DNA of 64,000 nt from Thermomicrobiales bacterium. Its GTDB lineage: Bacteria > Chloroflexota > Chloroflexia > Thermomicrobiales > UBA6265. The translations under genes were made by a program, and so were the position numbers. Positions 10,671 to 20,417 of the stretch are shown in pieces. A model generated the notes under the pieces. The model worked only from the letters and a program-made list of their open reading frames with translations, made no database searches and was not told the origin of the DNA. Where the stretch lies: positions 1,259,009 to 1,323,008 of the forward strand of contig OZ244595.1 in the NCBI GenBank assembly GCA_965218235.1. Direction: 5' to 3'. How positions within the stretch are numbered: the first letter of the stretch is position 1; each line of letters begins with the position of its first letter.

Positions 10671-11795
10671 ATGCGCCGCCGGCGGGATTCGTTCTGGGCG
10701 GTGATCCCGGCCGGTGGCTCGGGGACGCGCCTCTGGCCGCTCAGCCGTGCCCAGCGGCCCAAGTTCCTCCTGCCGCTGCTCGGGAACCGGTCATTGCTCC
10801 AGCAGACCGCCGACCGGCTCTCGCCGCTGGCCGACCCGACCCGGACGATGGTGGTCTGCGGCCCGTCTCACGCGGCTTCGATCGCCCGGCAGCTGCCGTC
10901 GGTCCCAGAGGGGCAGCTGATCGTCGAGCCGGCGCCGCGCGGGTCGTTGCCGGCGATCGCGCTGGCCACGGCGCTGATCGCCCGGCTGGACCCGGAAGCC
11001 ATCGTCGGCGCGTTCGCCGCCGATCACGACGTCGCCGACCCCGCAACGCTGCTGATGGCGGTCCAGACCGCCAGCCTGGCGGCCAAGCAGGGCCGCCTCG
11101 TCACGATCGGGATCGAGCCGACACGGCCCGAGACCGGCTACGGCTACATCGAGCGGACCAGCGAGATCATCGCGCACAGTGATCGGGCCGTTGATCTGCC
11201 GTCGCCGTCGGTCGCCTACGCCGCCGCCCAGTTCCACGAGAAGCCGGACCTCGAGCGGGCGACCGCATACGTCGAGAGCGGCCGCTACCTCTGGAACGCC
11301 AGCATGTTCATCTTCGCGGCCGGGACGCTGATGGAGAACCTGGAGCGCTACCAGGGGGACCTGTTCGCGGCCGTCAACAGGATCGCCGACGCCTGGAATA
11401 CGCCCGACCGCGAGCCGGTCATGGCCGAGGTCTGGTCGAGCCTCAAGGCGATGAACATCGACGAGGGGATCATGGAGCCGGCGGCCGGGGACGGCCGGGT
11501 GGCAGTCGTTCCGGCCGACTTCGGCTGGTCGGACGTCGGCGACTGGCACGGGCTCGGTGAGCTGATCGAGCACGACGGTCTCGGCAACAGCGTCCGGGGC
11601 GATTTTCTCCAGCTCGAGACGACGGACAGCGTCGTCTGGTCGGAGACGGGCCGGATCGTGGCGCTGATCGGTCTGCACAACGTCGTCGTGGTCGACACCG
11701 AGGACGCGCTGCTCGTGATCGACCGGTCCCGCGCCCAGGATGTCCGGAAGGTGGTCGATGAGCTCAAGGCGCAGTCGAGGTACGACCTGAGCTGA
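10671..11795 (+). CDS. manC: Mannose-1-phosphate guanylyltransferase
   Basis: WAVIPAGGSGTRLWPLSR, GYGYIE and FGWSDVGDW motifs. The ORF opens at GTG 10596, overlapping the helicase stop; ATG 10671 fits the family N-terminus. Confidence 0.85.
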   Translation: MRRRRDSFWAVIPAGGSGTRLWPLSRAQRPKFLLPLLGNRSLLQQTADRLSPLADPTRTMVVCGPSHAASIARQLPSVPEGQLIVEPAPRGSLPAIALATALIARLDPEAIVGAFAADHDVADPATLLMAVQTASLAAKQGRLVTIGIEPTRPETGYGYIERTSEIIAHSDRAVDLPSPSVAYAAAQFHEKPDLERATAYVESGRYLWNASMFIFAAGTLMENLERYQGDLFAAVNRIADAWNTPDREPVMAEVWSSLKAMNIDEGIMEPAAGDGRVAVVPADFGWSDVGDWHGLGELIEHDGLGNSVRGDFLQLETTDSVVWSETGRIVALIGLHNVVVVDTEDALLVIDRSRAQDVRKVVDELKAQSRYDLS

Positions 11796-12007
11796 CCGCT
11801 GGAGACGATGCCCGCTGATCACGGCGCCGGGGATTCGTACGCTGCTTTGGATCGGAATGGTCGAATTGGGAGCAGACCCGTCCCCATCTCGTTCGGTCGG
11901 CTGATCCGGTTTTGCCGGACTTGCCCAACCAGACGGACGGCGAGGGAGCGCGGCCGCTCAGTACCAGGACAGGAATGGTTTTCGCTCAGGTGGCGCGAAG
12001 GGCGAAA

Positions 12008-13516
12008 TCAATACTGCCTGGAAAGGCGGCTGACGATCGGTTGCAGGGCGAGATAGGCGTCGGCCAGAAGCGTCTGTCGCTCCTGATACAGCTGATGCCG
12101 ATCCGGATCAGGCAACGTCTCGTCCAGCGACTCTGGTTGCCAGGCGGCGGCGACATCGGCCGGGTTCGCGCCAGTCAGCATCGCGGCCGCGAGGATCGCG
12201 GCGCCGCGGGCCGACTGATTGGGTGTCGCGCTGTGCCGAACGGGAAGGCCGTAGACGTCGGTAACGATCTGGCGCCAGGCGGCGTCCCGGGCTCCGCCGC
12301 CGGCCAGCGTGACGGTGTGCGGGCGGTCGTCGCCCTCCCGGACGATCGTGGCGTAGGCGAGCGACGCGGCGAGCGTGATGCCTTCGACGACGGCGCGGGC
12401 GAGGTCCTCACGGCGGTGGTCGGCGGCCAGACCAAGGAAGGTTCCACGGGCGCCGGCGTCATGCCACGGGGCGCGTTCCCCGGCGAGGTACGGGACGAAC
12501 AGGACGCCACGGGCTCCGGCCGGGACGTCGGCCGCGGCGGCGAGGAGGGCGCGGTCATCGGCGAAGCCGAGTGCCGCCGCCGCCCAATGGAGAGCCGAGC
12601 CGCAGTTCAGCGTCGCCGCGACCCGCGCCCACCCCGCTCCGGACGACAGTTCGAGCGCCGAGCAGACGGTCTGGCCGCGATCGTCGGGGATGTCCGGGAC
12701 GGTAGCGATTGGGACCAGTGCCTGGAACCCGGTGCCAAGCGTGACCAGTAGATCGCCGGGCGATGTCACGCCGGCCCCAAGGGCGGCGGCCTGGGCGTCG
12801 CCGGCGCCGGTCGCGACGGGGATACCCGTCGGCAACCCGAGCGCCTCGGCCGCGTCCGCGGTCAGCGTGCCTGCCTGGTCTGCCGATTCCAGGACCGGCG
12901 GCAACTGCTCCGGCCGCAGCCTGGCCGCTTCCAGCAGCACCGGTGACCACTCCCGGCGCCGGATGTCGAACATAGCCGTACCGCCGGCGTCGCTCGGCTC
13001 GGTCGCCACGACGGCGGTCAGCCGGACGCGGAGCCAGTCCTTTGGCAGCAGCACCGTCCGGCATGACGCCATCAGGTCCGGCCGATGGCTTGCCAGCCAG
13101 CGGATCGTCACTGCCTGATAGCCCGTCGCCAGCCGTCCACCGGTCGTGGCGATGACCGATGCCTGCCCGAGGCTGGCTTCGAGGGTCGCGACCTCCGTCG
13201 CTGCCCGCTGATCGGACCAGATGATCGCCGGCGCCAGGGGACGAAGGTCGCCATCGACCAGGACCGTGCCATGCATCTGGCCGGTGATCCCGATTGTTGA
13301 GACATCCCCGCCCGAACCGTCGCTACGATCGATCGCGAGCCGGACCGCCCCGGCCGTCGCCCGCCACCACTCCTCGGGGTCCTGCTCGGCGTGGCCAGGA
13401 TGGGGCCGGTGGGTCGGGTAGGGGTGAGACGCCTCGGCGACCAGCGTCCCCGCGATGTCCGAGAGCTGGACCTTGACGGACGACGTGCCGAGATCGATCG
13501 CGAGGACGAGGGGCAT
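12008..13516 (-). CDS. FGGY-family carbohydrate kinase (xylulokinase-like)
   Basis: MPLVLAIDLGTSSVKV at the N-terminus and LAGGGARDAAWRQIVTDVYGLPV near the C-terminus. The ORF extension to 13633 is Arg-rich and unlikely to be translated. Confidence 0.85.
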   Translation of the reverse strand: MPLVLAIDLGTSSVKVQLSDIAGTLVAEASHPYPTHRPHPGHAEQDPEEWWRATAGAVRLAIDRSDGSGGDVSTIGITGQMHGTVLVDGDLRPLAPAIIWSDQRAATEVATLEASLGQASVIATTGGRLATGYQAVTIRWLASHRPDLMASCRTVLLPKDWLRVRLTAVVATEPSDAGGTAMFDIRRREWSPVLLEAARLRPEQLPPVLESADQAGTLTADAAEALGLPTGIPVATGAGDAQAAALGAGVTSPGDLLVTLGTGFQALVPIATVPDIPDDRGQTVCSALELSSGAGWARVAATLNCGSALHWAAAALGFADDRALLAAAADVPAGARGVLFVPYLAGERAPWHDAGARGTFLGLAADHRREDLARAVVEGITLAASLAYATIVREGDDRPHTVTLAGGGARDAAWRQIVTDVYGLPVRHSATPNQSARGAAILAAAMLTGANPADVAAAWQPESLDETLPDPDRHQLYQERQTLLADAYLALQPIVSRLSRQY

Positions 13517-13623
13517 CGGGGCGGTCCTCAATAGTTCGATTTCATCCCAGCGACGTGACAGGGCCCAACGGCGGCGACGTCCATGATGAGCCGGTAGCAT
13601 ACTGACATTCGCACCGAAGCTCG

Positions 13624-15258
13624 ATGGAAGCAAATGGGGAGACGATGGCGGCGAGCGGACGATTCGAGCGCGAGACGGAGCGAACGGCCAGGGTCCGGAC
13701 GCTGACGGCCGATTCAGGGACGCCGCGCCGGCCGCCGGTCGCCGAGGTTGCGATCAATCTCGACCGATCGTCCGACCTCCCGGTCTACCGGCAGATCGAG
13801 CAGGCGATCGTGGCGGGCATCCGTTCCGGGCGCCTCCGGGCCGGGCTGCGCCTGCCGCCGGAGCGTGCGCTTGCCCAGCAGCTCGGCGTCGACCGGACCA
13901 CCGTCGTCGCCGCCTACCGGAATCTGGCTGGGGATGGCTGGGTGGCGGCGCTGGTTGGGCGAGGGACCGTCATCACTGGCAAGACCGCCCAGGCGTCCGG
14001 AACCACCATCGTGGGCGACAGTACGACGGTCTTTGGCTGGGATGAGGTGATGACCCCGCAACCGGGCGATGAGCCGGTCCTGGACGAGCTCGCGGCGGCG
14101 TCGTTGCGGCCCGGTGTGCTGTCGCTCGCGTCCGGGGTTCCGGCGGCCGAGGGCTACCCGATCGCCGAGTTCCGCAGCCTGCTCGGCGACGCCCTCCGGC
14201 AGAGCGGCGAGGCGCTGCTGCAGTACGCGCCGGCCGAAGGGCTACCGGAGCTGCGCGACCAGATCGCCCGGACAATGCGCGAGCGCGGGGCCGACATCAC
14301 TGGCGACGGCGTGCTGATCTGCGCCGGCAGCCAGCAGGGGCTCTACCTGCTCGCCCGGGCGCTGGTCGTGCCCGGCGACACGGTAGCAGTCGAGGCGCCG
14401 ACGTACCTCGGCGCTGTCAGCGTCTTCCGAGCCGCCGACGCCCACGTCGTCCCGCTGCCGCGCGACCGCCACGGCGTCGACCCGCTCCGGCTGGAGGCGC
14501 TGCTGGCCCGGCGGGAGGTCAAGCTGATCTACCTGCTGCCAACGTTCCAGAACCCGACCGGCGAGACCATCGACCTAGCTCGCCGCCGGCAGGTCCTGGC
14601 TGTCGCGGCCCGGTATGGCGTCCCGATCATCGAGGACGACCCGTACGGGGAGCTGCGCTACGACGGCGAGCCGGTGCCGTCGATGTTCCAGCTGTCTGGG
14701 CCGGATGGCATCGTCGCCTACCTCTCGACTTTCTCGAAGGTGCTGTTCCCCGGTTTCCGGGTTGGCTGGGTGGCCGGGACGGCCGCGCTGATCGAGCGGC
14801 TGCGGCGGGAGAAGGCGCTGGTCGACCTGGACAGCAACGCCGTCGTCCAGGCCGCCGTCGCCGAGTATCTCGCCCTCGGCCTGCTGGGGGATCACCTCCG
14901 GGCCGTCCGGCCGGTCTATCGTGCCCGGCGGGACGCGCTGGTCGACGGGCTCCTCCGGGGCGGCAACGTCCCGGCGACGTGGCAATTGCCGGAGGGCGGG
15001 TTCTCGCTCTGGGTTGAGCTGGAGTCGGGGCTGCGGGCGCGGGACGTCCTTCGTGAAGGAATGATTCGTGGCGTCACGTTCGTGCCGGGCGACGTCTTCC
15101 ACGTCGACGGCGGCGGACGTTCGGCGATGCGGCTGTCGTTCCCGGCGCTGTCGCCGGACGACCTGCGCGAGGCTGGTGGTCGCCTCGCCGACGCCATCCG
15201 GACCGAGGCCGGGCGGCGGGTGTCGCGCTCTCGCCCGCCGGCGTCTCGGATCGTCTGA
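13624..15258 (+). CDS. MocR/PdxR-type GntR regulator with PLP aminotransferase-like domain
   Basis: A winged-helix region (PVYRQIEQAIVAGIRSGRLRAGLRLPPERALAQQLGVDRTTV) followed by a class-I aminotransferase fold (SFSKVLFPGFRVGW). Confidence 0.85.
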   Translation: MEANGETMAASGRFERETERTARVRTLTADSGTPRRPPVAEVAINLDRSSDLPVYRQIEQAIVAGIRSGRLRAGLRLPPERALAQQLGVDRTTVVAAYRNLAGDGWVAALVGRGTVITGKTAQASGTTIVGDSTTVFGWDEVMTPQPGDEPVLDELAAASLRPGVLSLASGVPAAEGYPIAEFRSLLGDALRQSGEALLQYAPAEGLPELRDQIARTMRERGADITGDGVLICAGSQQGLYLLARALVVPGDTVAVEAPTYLGAVSVFRAADAHVVPLPRDRHGVDPLRLEALLARREVKLIYLLPTFQNPTGETIDLARRRQVLAVAARYGVPIIEDDPYGELRYDGEPVPSMFQLSGPDGIVAYLSTFSKVLFPGFRVGWVAGTAALIERLRREKALVDLDSNAVVQAAVAEYLALGLLGDHLRAVRPVYRARRDALVDGLLRGGNVPATWQLPEGGFSLWVELESGLRARDVLREGMIRGVTFVPGDVFHVDGGGRSAMRLSFPALSPDDLREAGGRLADAIRTEAGRRVSRSRPPASRIV

Positions 15259-15432
15259 GCGCCGCCGGATTGGGGATCGAACGGTCCGGACGCCTTCAGC
15301 AGGTTTTCAGGTTGGGTTCAGGGCCGGTTCAGCCACCGGCGCGATCCTTGGCTCACGGCACCGGGACGTTCTCGCCGGCGCCAGGTAGCAGCGGATCGGG
15401 ATCCTGCCCCACCTGATCCAGAGGAAGGCCCC

Positions 15433-16671
15433 ATGTACGACGAGTATCCGCACGAGACGCGATCTCCCATCGTCGATCGACCATCCCCCGCGCCGGCGCC
15501 GCGACCCCAGCGCCGCTCGACCTCTGCCACGGCACGCCGCCGCCTCCTGCCCCTCGGCGCCATCCTCGGTCTGATCATGGCGTTCGTCCTCGCCGGCGGC
15601 GGCGTGCTCGACCAGGCGGCCAGCGCCGCAACCAATCTGATCGGTGGGCAATCCACGCCGACCGTTCAGGTTCAGCGGGACCAGTCGTCCGGGTCCGCGG
15701 CCGACCTGACCGTCGAGCAGGTCGCGGCCCAGGCCAACCCGTCGGTCGTGACCGTCACGACGCTCGGCAAGGCCACCACCCAGCAGGGTGGGATGCCGTC
15801 GTTCGGCCAGTCGCAGGGTGGGAGCACCACCGCCGACCAGCCGCTCGCCAGCGGGTCCGGCTTCGTCTGGGACAGTGATGGCCACGTCATCACCAACGCC
15901 CACGTCGTCAATGGCGGATCGAGCTTTACGGTCGGCTTCTCCGACGGCACGACCGTCGACGCGACCCTGGTCGGCAAGGACGTCTACGCCGACATCGCCG
16001 TGCTGAGGGTCGAGTTCAAGAAGGGCGAGACGCTGCCCGCTGTCTCGAAGATCGGCACCTCGGCCGACGTCGCCTCCGGAGAGACCGTCGTCGCGATCGG
16101 CAGCCCGTACGGTCAGTTCACCAATACCGTCTCTGAGGGGATCGTCGGCGCGACCGGCCGGACCCTTCCGTCCTCGGCCGGCGTCTACGACCTGACCGAC
16201 CTGATCCAGCACGACGCCAACATCTATCCCGGCAACTCCGGCGGCCCGCTCCTGAACCTGGCCGGTGAGGTGATCGGCATCAACGTCGCGACCCTCCAAG
16301 ACACGCAGACCGGCCAGGCCTCCGGGATCGGCTTCGCCCTGTCGATCGATTCCGTTAGCCCGATCATCTCCGACATCATCGACAACGGCTCGGTCGCTCG
16401 TCCTTACCTTGGCATCCAGTCGCAGGTCACCGAGTCCGGCGGCCAGGGTGTCGTGAGCGTCGATTCGAACGGTCCTTCGGCCGGCGTCCTGAAGCGGGGC
16501 GATCTGATCACGGCGATCGCCGGCACGGACATCGGCATCGACACCCCATTCCTGAACGAGCTCTTCACGCACAAGTCCGGCGACTCGATCGACCTGACGA
16601 TCGAGCGGAACGGCAAGACCCAGACTGTCAGCGTCACCCTTGGTGATCGCCCGGCCAACCCCACCAACTGA
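15433..16671 (+). CDS. HtrA/DegP-family serine protease with PDZ domain
   Basis: TNAHVV, DIAVLRV and GNSGGPLLN catalytic triad context, an N-terminal TM segment and a C-terminal PDZ domain. AGAGGAAGG RBS. Confidence 0.9.
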   Translation: MYDEYPHETRSPIVDRPSPAPAPRPQRRSTSATARRRLLPLGAILGLIMAFVLAGGGVLDQAASAATNLIGGQSTPTVQVQRDQSSGSAADLTVEQVAAQANPSVVTVTTLGKATTQQGGMPSFGQSQGGSTTADQPLASGSGFVWDSDGHVITNAHVVNGGSSFTVGFSDGTTVDATLVGKDVYADIAVLRVEFKKGETLPAVSKIGTSADVASGETVVAIGSPYGQFTNTVSEGIVGATGRTLPSSAGVYDLTDLIQHDANIYPGNSGGPLLNLAGEVIGINVATLQDTQTGQASGIGFALSIDSVSPIISDIIDNGSVARPYLGIQSQVTESGGQGVVSVDSNGPSAGVLKRGDLITAIAGTDIGIDTPFLNELFTHKSGDSIDLTIERNGKTQTVSVTLGDRPANPTN

Positions 16672-16942
16672 TATTCCTTGCCCGTTCTGGGCACCAACGT
16701 GGCCCTGCCCCCGGAGTCGGGCCGGCCCATCTCCCCCGATCCGCTCCAGCCACCTCCGTCCGCTCCTGCCAGCACGGTCATCAGCCAGTGACCGCGGACC
16801 GGCCCCGGACGGAGGATGCGGATCTTCCCACCCCCTCCCAATCCCTTCCCAACAGCGGCGTTGACGACCACCCAGTCGCCGGCGCCGCTGCCGCGTCCTG
16901 ACGGCTCGTGCGGCGCTGGTACTATCAGAGGAACATCGCGAC

Positions 16943-17716
16943 ATGCTCGAGCGAGTGCGGTTGACGGCGACGGAAGAGGTCGGGACGATGGCGGTCGGGT
17001 CGGACGACGAGCGCTTCACCGGGGCCAGGATCATGGTCGTCGAGGATGAGCCGGGGATCGCCGGGTTCGTGCGCCGCGGTCTCGTCTTCGAGGGCTTCGC
17101 CGTCGAGCTGGCCACCGACGGACGGGCCGCCCTCGACGTGCTCCGCGACCGCCGGCCGGATGTTCTCGTCCTGGACCTGATGATCCCCTACGTCGACGGG
17201 CTCGAGGTCCTGCGCCGGGTCCGGGCGGCTGAGCGGACCGAGCGTCTGCCGCCGCTCCCCGTCATCCTGCTGACGGCCCGTGACGCCGTCGCTGACCGCG
17301 TCACCGGTCTGGAAGCGGGGGCCGACGACTACCTCGTCAAGCCGTTCGCCTTCGAGGAACTAGCCGCTCGCGTCCGGGCGCTGCTCCGCCGGGCCCACGC
17401 CTCCGACGTCGAGACCGTCGCCGGGCTGACCTTCGCCGACCTCCGGCTCGACCCCGGCTCGCGGACGGTCCTGCGGGGCGAACGCTCGATCGATCTCACG
17501 CCGCGGGAGTTCGACCTGCTGGCGCTGCTGCTCCAGCATCCCAACCAGGTCCTGACCCGCTCCCGGATCATGGACCGGGTCTGGGGGGCCGACTTCTACG
17601 GCGACAGCAACGTCCTCGAAGTGTTCGTCGCCAACCTACGCCGCCATCTGGAGAGCGGCGGCGAGCCCCGGCTGATCCAGACCGTCCGGGGCGTCGGCTA
17701 CGTTCTCCGGGCCTGA
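16943..17716 (+). CDS. OmpR-family response regulator
   Basis: IMVVEDEP, LDLMIP and DDYLVKPF receiver motifs plus a winged-helix C-terminus (VRGVGYVLR). ATG 16988 is an alternative start. Confidence 0.85.
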   Translation: MLERVRLTATEEVGTMAVGSDDERFTGARIMVVEDEPGIAGFVRRGLVFEGFAVELATDGRAALDVLRDRRPDVLVLDLMIPYVDGLEVLRRVRAAERTERLPPLPVILLTARDAVADRVTGLEAGADDYLVKPFAFEELAARVRALLRRAHASDVETVAGLTFADLRLDPGSRTVLRGERSIDLTPREFDLLALLLQHPNQVLTRSRIMDRVWGADFYGDSNVLEVFVANLRRHLESGGEPRLIQTVRGVGYVLRA

Positions 17717-17726
17717 TGGGGGCATC

Positions 17727-19262
17727 GTGATGGGTAGCCTCTCCGACTTCGTCCACAGCGTCCGGTTCCGGCTGACCGCCTGGTACGGCTTTCTCATGAT
17801 CGTCGTACTCGTCGTGGCGGGTTTTGGCGCCTGGACTCTCTTGGGCAATTGGCTCCGTGCCGACCTCGACGACCAGTTGAAGGCGAGCGCCCGAACGTAC
17901 TCAGATCCGAAGAACCTGACGGAGTTGAGCCGCGACTCTGCCGAGCTGGCCGATCGCGGAGATGACGCTGAGGGCGCGACGTACCAATCACTGATCGTCC
18001 AGACTGCTGATCCCAACGGTTCGTTCGCGATCACGCCATTCAATTGCGCGATTCCGTTCGACCTTCCGGAGAACGCTACTTCAGGTACCACCCAGTACTC
18101 CACGCAGTCGGCGTGCGGCGATACCTTTCGTGTTCTCGCGGTCAGCAATGTCGTGGTCAATCCACAGACGGGCAACATCAACAGCGTCATCCTGGCGCAG
18201 TCGCTCACACCGCTCAACGACACGGTAGGGACACTCCGCGAGCTGATGCTGGCGATCGGTGGTCTGGGTATCCTGCTCGCTCTCCAGGGTGGCTGGCTGA
18301 TTGCCGGACGGGCGCTCCGGCCGATCAGCGACGTGACCGACACCGCCTCGACCATCGCCGAGAGCTCGCAGACGGAGCAGTCGCTCGTCACCCGGCTGCC
18401 GCTTCCCCGCGGCAATGACGAGGTCGCCCAGCTCACGATGACGTTCAACCGGATGCTGGACCGGATCGAGGCCGAGTTCGGCCGCCGGCAGCGCTTCGTC
18501 GCGGACGCCTCCCACGAGCTCCGGACCCCGCTGGCCGCGATCCGGGGCAACCTCGACGTCCTCTCGATGCAGCTCCGCCGTGGTCGGACCGAGACCAATG
18601 AGCCCGGCGACGCGACGCGACAGGAGGCGATCGACGAGGGCTTCGACGATCTCACCCGGGAGGCTCGCCGGATGGCCCGGCTACTGGACGACCTGCTCTT
18701 CCTCGCCCGGGCCGACGATGTCCACGGGCCGGTCACGACCCGCGATGAGCCTGTCCGGCTGGACGATGTCGCCGGGCAGACCGTCCGTTCAGCCGGCACC
18801 CTGGCGACCGGGCAGCGGCTGGAGAGCGATCTGCATCCTGTGACGGTCGCCGGCGACCGGGACCGCCTGGCGCAGGTCCTCTGGGTGCTGCTCGACAACG
18901 CCCTTCGCCATACCGGGCCGGGCGAGCGGATCGTCGTCACGGTCGGAGAGGAGGATGGGCGGGCACTGCTGACTGTCCGGGACGAGGGCGGCGGGATCGC
19001 GGCCGACGACCTGCCACACGTTTTTGACCGGTTCTTCCGCACCGACGAGTCTCGTGGCCGCGCCTCGGGCGGGTCCGGTCTGGGCCTGGCGATCGCGAAG
19101 ACGATCGTCGAGCAGGACGGCGGTGGGATCTCGGCGACCAGCACACCCGGCCAGGGGTCGACGTTCACGGTTCGTCTGCCCCTGACGAGTGGTCCTGGTG
19201 GAGCGTCACCCGCGCTGCCGACAGCGGCGACCGCGTCCGAGCCGGTCGCCACGGCGGTGTAA
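17727..19262 (+). CDS. Sensor histidine kinase (TM-sensor-HAMP-HisKA-HATPase_c)
   Basis: H-box FVADASHELRTPLAAI, N-box LLDNALRHT, G-boxes DEGGGI and GSGLGLAIAK. Confidence 0.9.
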   Translation: MMGSLSDFVHSVRFRLTAWYGFLMIVVLVVAGFGAWTLLGNWLRADLDDQLKASARTYSDPKNLTELSRDSAELADRGDDAEGATYQSLIVQTADPNGSFAITPFNCAIPFDLPENATSGTTQYSTQSACGDTFRVLAVSNVVVNPQTGNINSVILAQSLTPLNDTVGTLRELMLAIGGLGILLALQGGWLIAGRALRPISDVTDTASTIAESSQTEQSLVTRLPLPRGNDEVAQLTMTFNRMLDRIEAEFGRRQRFVADASHELRTPLAAIRGNLDVLSMQLRRGRTETNEPGDATRQEAIDEGFDDLTREARRMARLLDDLLFLARADDVHGPVTTRDEPVRLDDVAGQTVRSAGTLATGQRLESDLHPVTVAGDRDRLAQVLWVLLDNALRHTGPGERIVVTVGEEDGRALLTVRDEGGGIAADDLPHVFDRFFRTDESRGRASGGSGLGLAIAKTIVEQDGGGISATSTPGQGSTFTVRLPLTSGPGGASPALPTAATASEPVATAV

Positions 19263-19298
19263 GGAGTGCCGCGGCGACCAGCTGGGCGACGCGGTGAT

Positions 19299-20387
19299 TC
19301 AGATGCGCTCGGCGTAGACGATCTGGCGCTGGTCGTACTCCCCGTTGGCGAAGTCGCCGGTGCAGGTGATCAGGGCCAGGCTGTCGACCTCGGTCCCGCG
19401 AACGATGTTCCCGGCGGAGGCCGTGGCCGGGAGCGGGTAGGCGTCGACGCACTCGTAGGTGGCCGCCGCCCCATCCCCAGCGAGGACGTAGAAGATCATT
19501 CCCGGCGCGGCGTCGCGGAGGGTGTAGAAGACGGCCGCCCCGATGGTATACCAGTCGACGTGGCCGGACATCACGACCGTGTTCCCGTCGCCGGGCCGGG
19601 CGAAGTCGCCGTACCAGCCGACGTTGAGCGGTTCGGCCGGAGTTCCCATGACGCCGTCGACGACGCCGATGGTCTCAACGGTGGCGTCGATACTGAGCTC
19701 GGGCAGATAGAGCTCAACCGGGTTGAACCCCTGGTCGGCGAAGGTGAACTGGTCGTCGCCCTTGAACACCGGGGCCAGCAGTTCACGGTCGCCGCGATCG
19801 ACCTTCTTCGTGCTGACCTTGCGGGCCTTCGCCAGGTTCTCTCCGACCGGAACGACGTGGGCGCTGTCATCGGTACCGCCGACGGCGATGGCGATGGCGC
19901 CGCGCTCGTACCACTGCACGACCTGATCGTCGGAGATCACGGCATCCGAGATGGAAGCGCCGAACCGGCCCTCGCCACCGTTGAAACGCCAGGTTTCGGT
20001 GATCCGGTCGATCGGGTCCTGAAGGATGCCCTCGTCTGGCGGCGAGACCGGATGATCGGACAGGTAGTCGCTGCCGACATCGATCTGGGTGACGTCGCCG
20101 TTCGCGAGGTCGTCGGTCTCCAAGGCGCCATACGCGAAGTACTGGATCGTCCGTCCGTCCTGCGTCTGCGGCTCGGTGACGGGTTGCCCGATCTTGGCGG
20201 TGCGGTTGTTCGCCACCCACCAGTCCATGAACACACCGCTGACGGTGTGTCCGGTTCGGTCGGAGAAGGCCGAGGGAAGATTCTCGGCAGCGGCCGCTGG
20301 CTGGACGATGGCGGATGCCGCGATCAGGGTGCCAGCGGCCAGTGGGACCTTGAGTAGTGTGCGACGGTCAAGATGACTGTGGAACAT
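19299..20387 (-). CDS. Secreted protein with C-terminal class F-like sortase domain
   Basis: Tat-like signal RRTLLKVPLAAGTLIAASA. The C-terminal domain has SGHVDW (His) and LITCTG (Cys). AGGAGA RBS. Confidence 0.8.
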   Translation of the reverse strand: MFHSHLDRRTLLKVPLAAGTLIAASAIVQPAAAAENLPSAFSDRTGHTVSGVFMDWWVANNRTAKIGQPVTEPQTQDGRTIQYFAYGALETDDLANGDVTQIDVGSDYLSDHPVSPPDEGILQDPIDRITETWRFNGGEGRFGASISDAVISDDQVVQWYERGAIAIAVGGTDDSAHVVPVGENLAKARKVSTKKVDRGDRELLAPVFKGDDQFTFADQGFNPVELYLPELSIDATVETIGVVDGVMGTPAEPLNVGWYGDFARPGDGNTVVMSGHVDWYTIGAAVFYTLRDAAPGMIFYVLAGDGAAATYECVDAYPLPATASAGNIVRGTEVDSLALITCTGDFANGEYDQRQIVYAERI

Positions 20388-20417
20388 GGTCTGATCTCCT
20401 GCGATGGGAACGAACGG

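Noticed and set aside
15307-17115. Many long ORFs antisense to, or frame-shifted against, the called genes. Examples: 15307..17115 (-), 8809..10500 (-), 17636..19252 (-), 35992..37233 (+), 38282..39568 (-), 48935..50608 (-), 51752..53470 (+), 55621..57027 (-) and 55659..57278 (+).
   Set aside because: Their translations are Arg/Pro/Gly/Ala-rich low-complexity strings with no family motifs. Each is fully shadowed by a gene that has clear motifs. This is the usual stop-codon-poor artefact of high-GC DNA.
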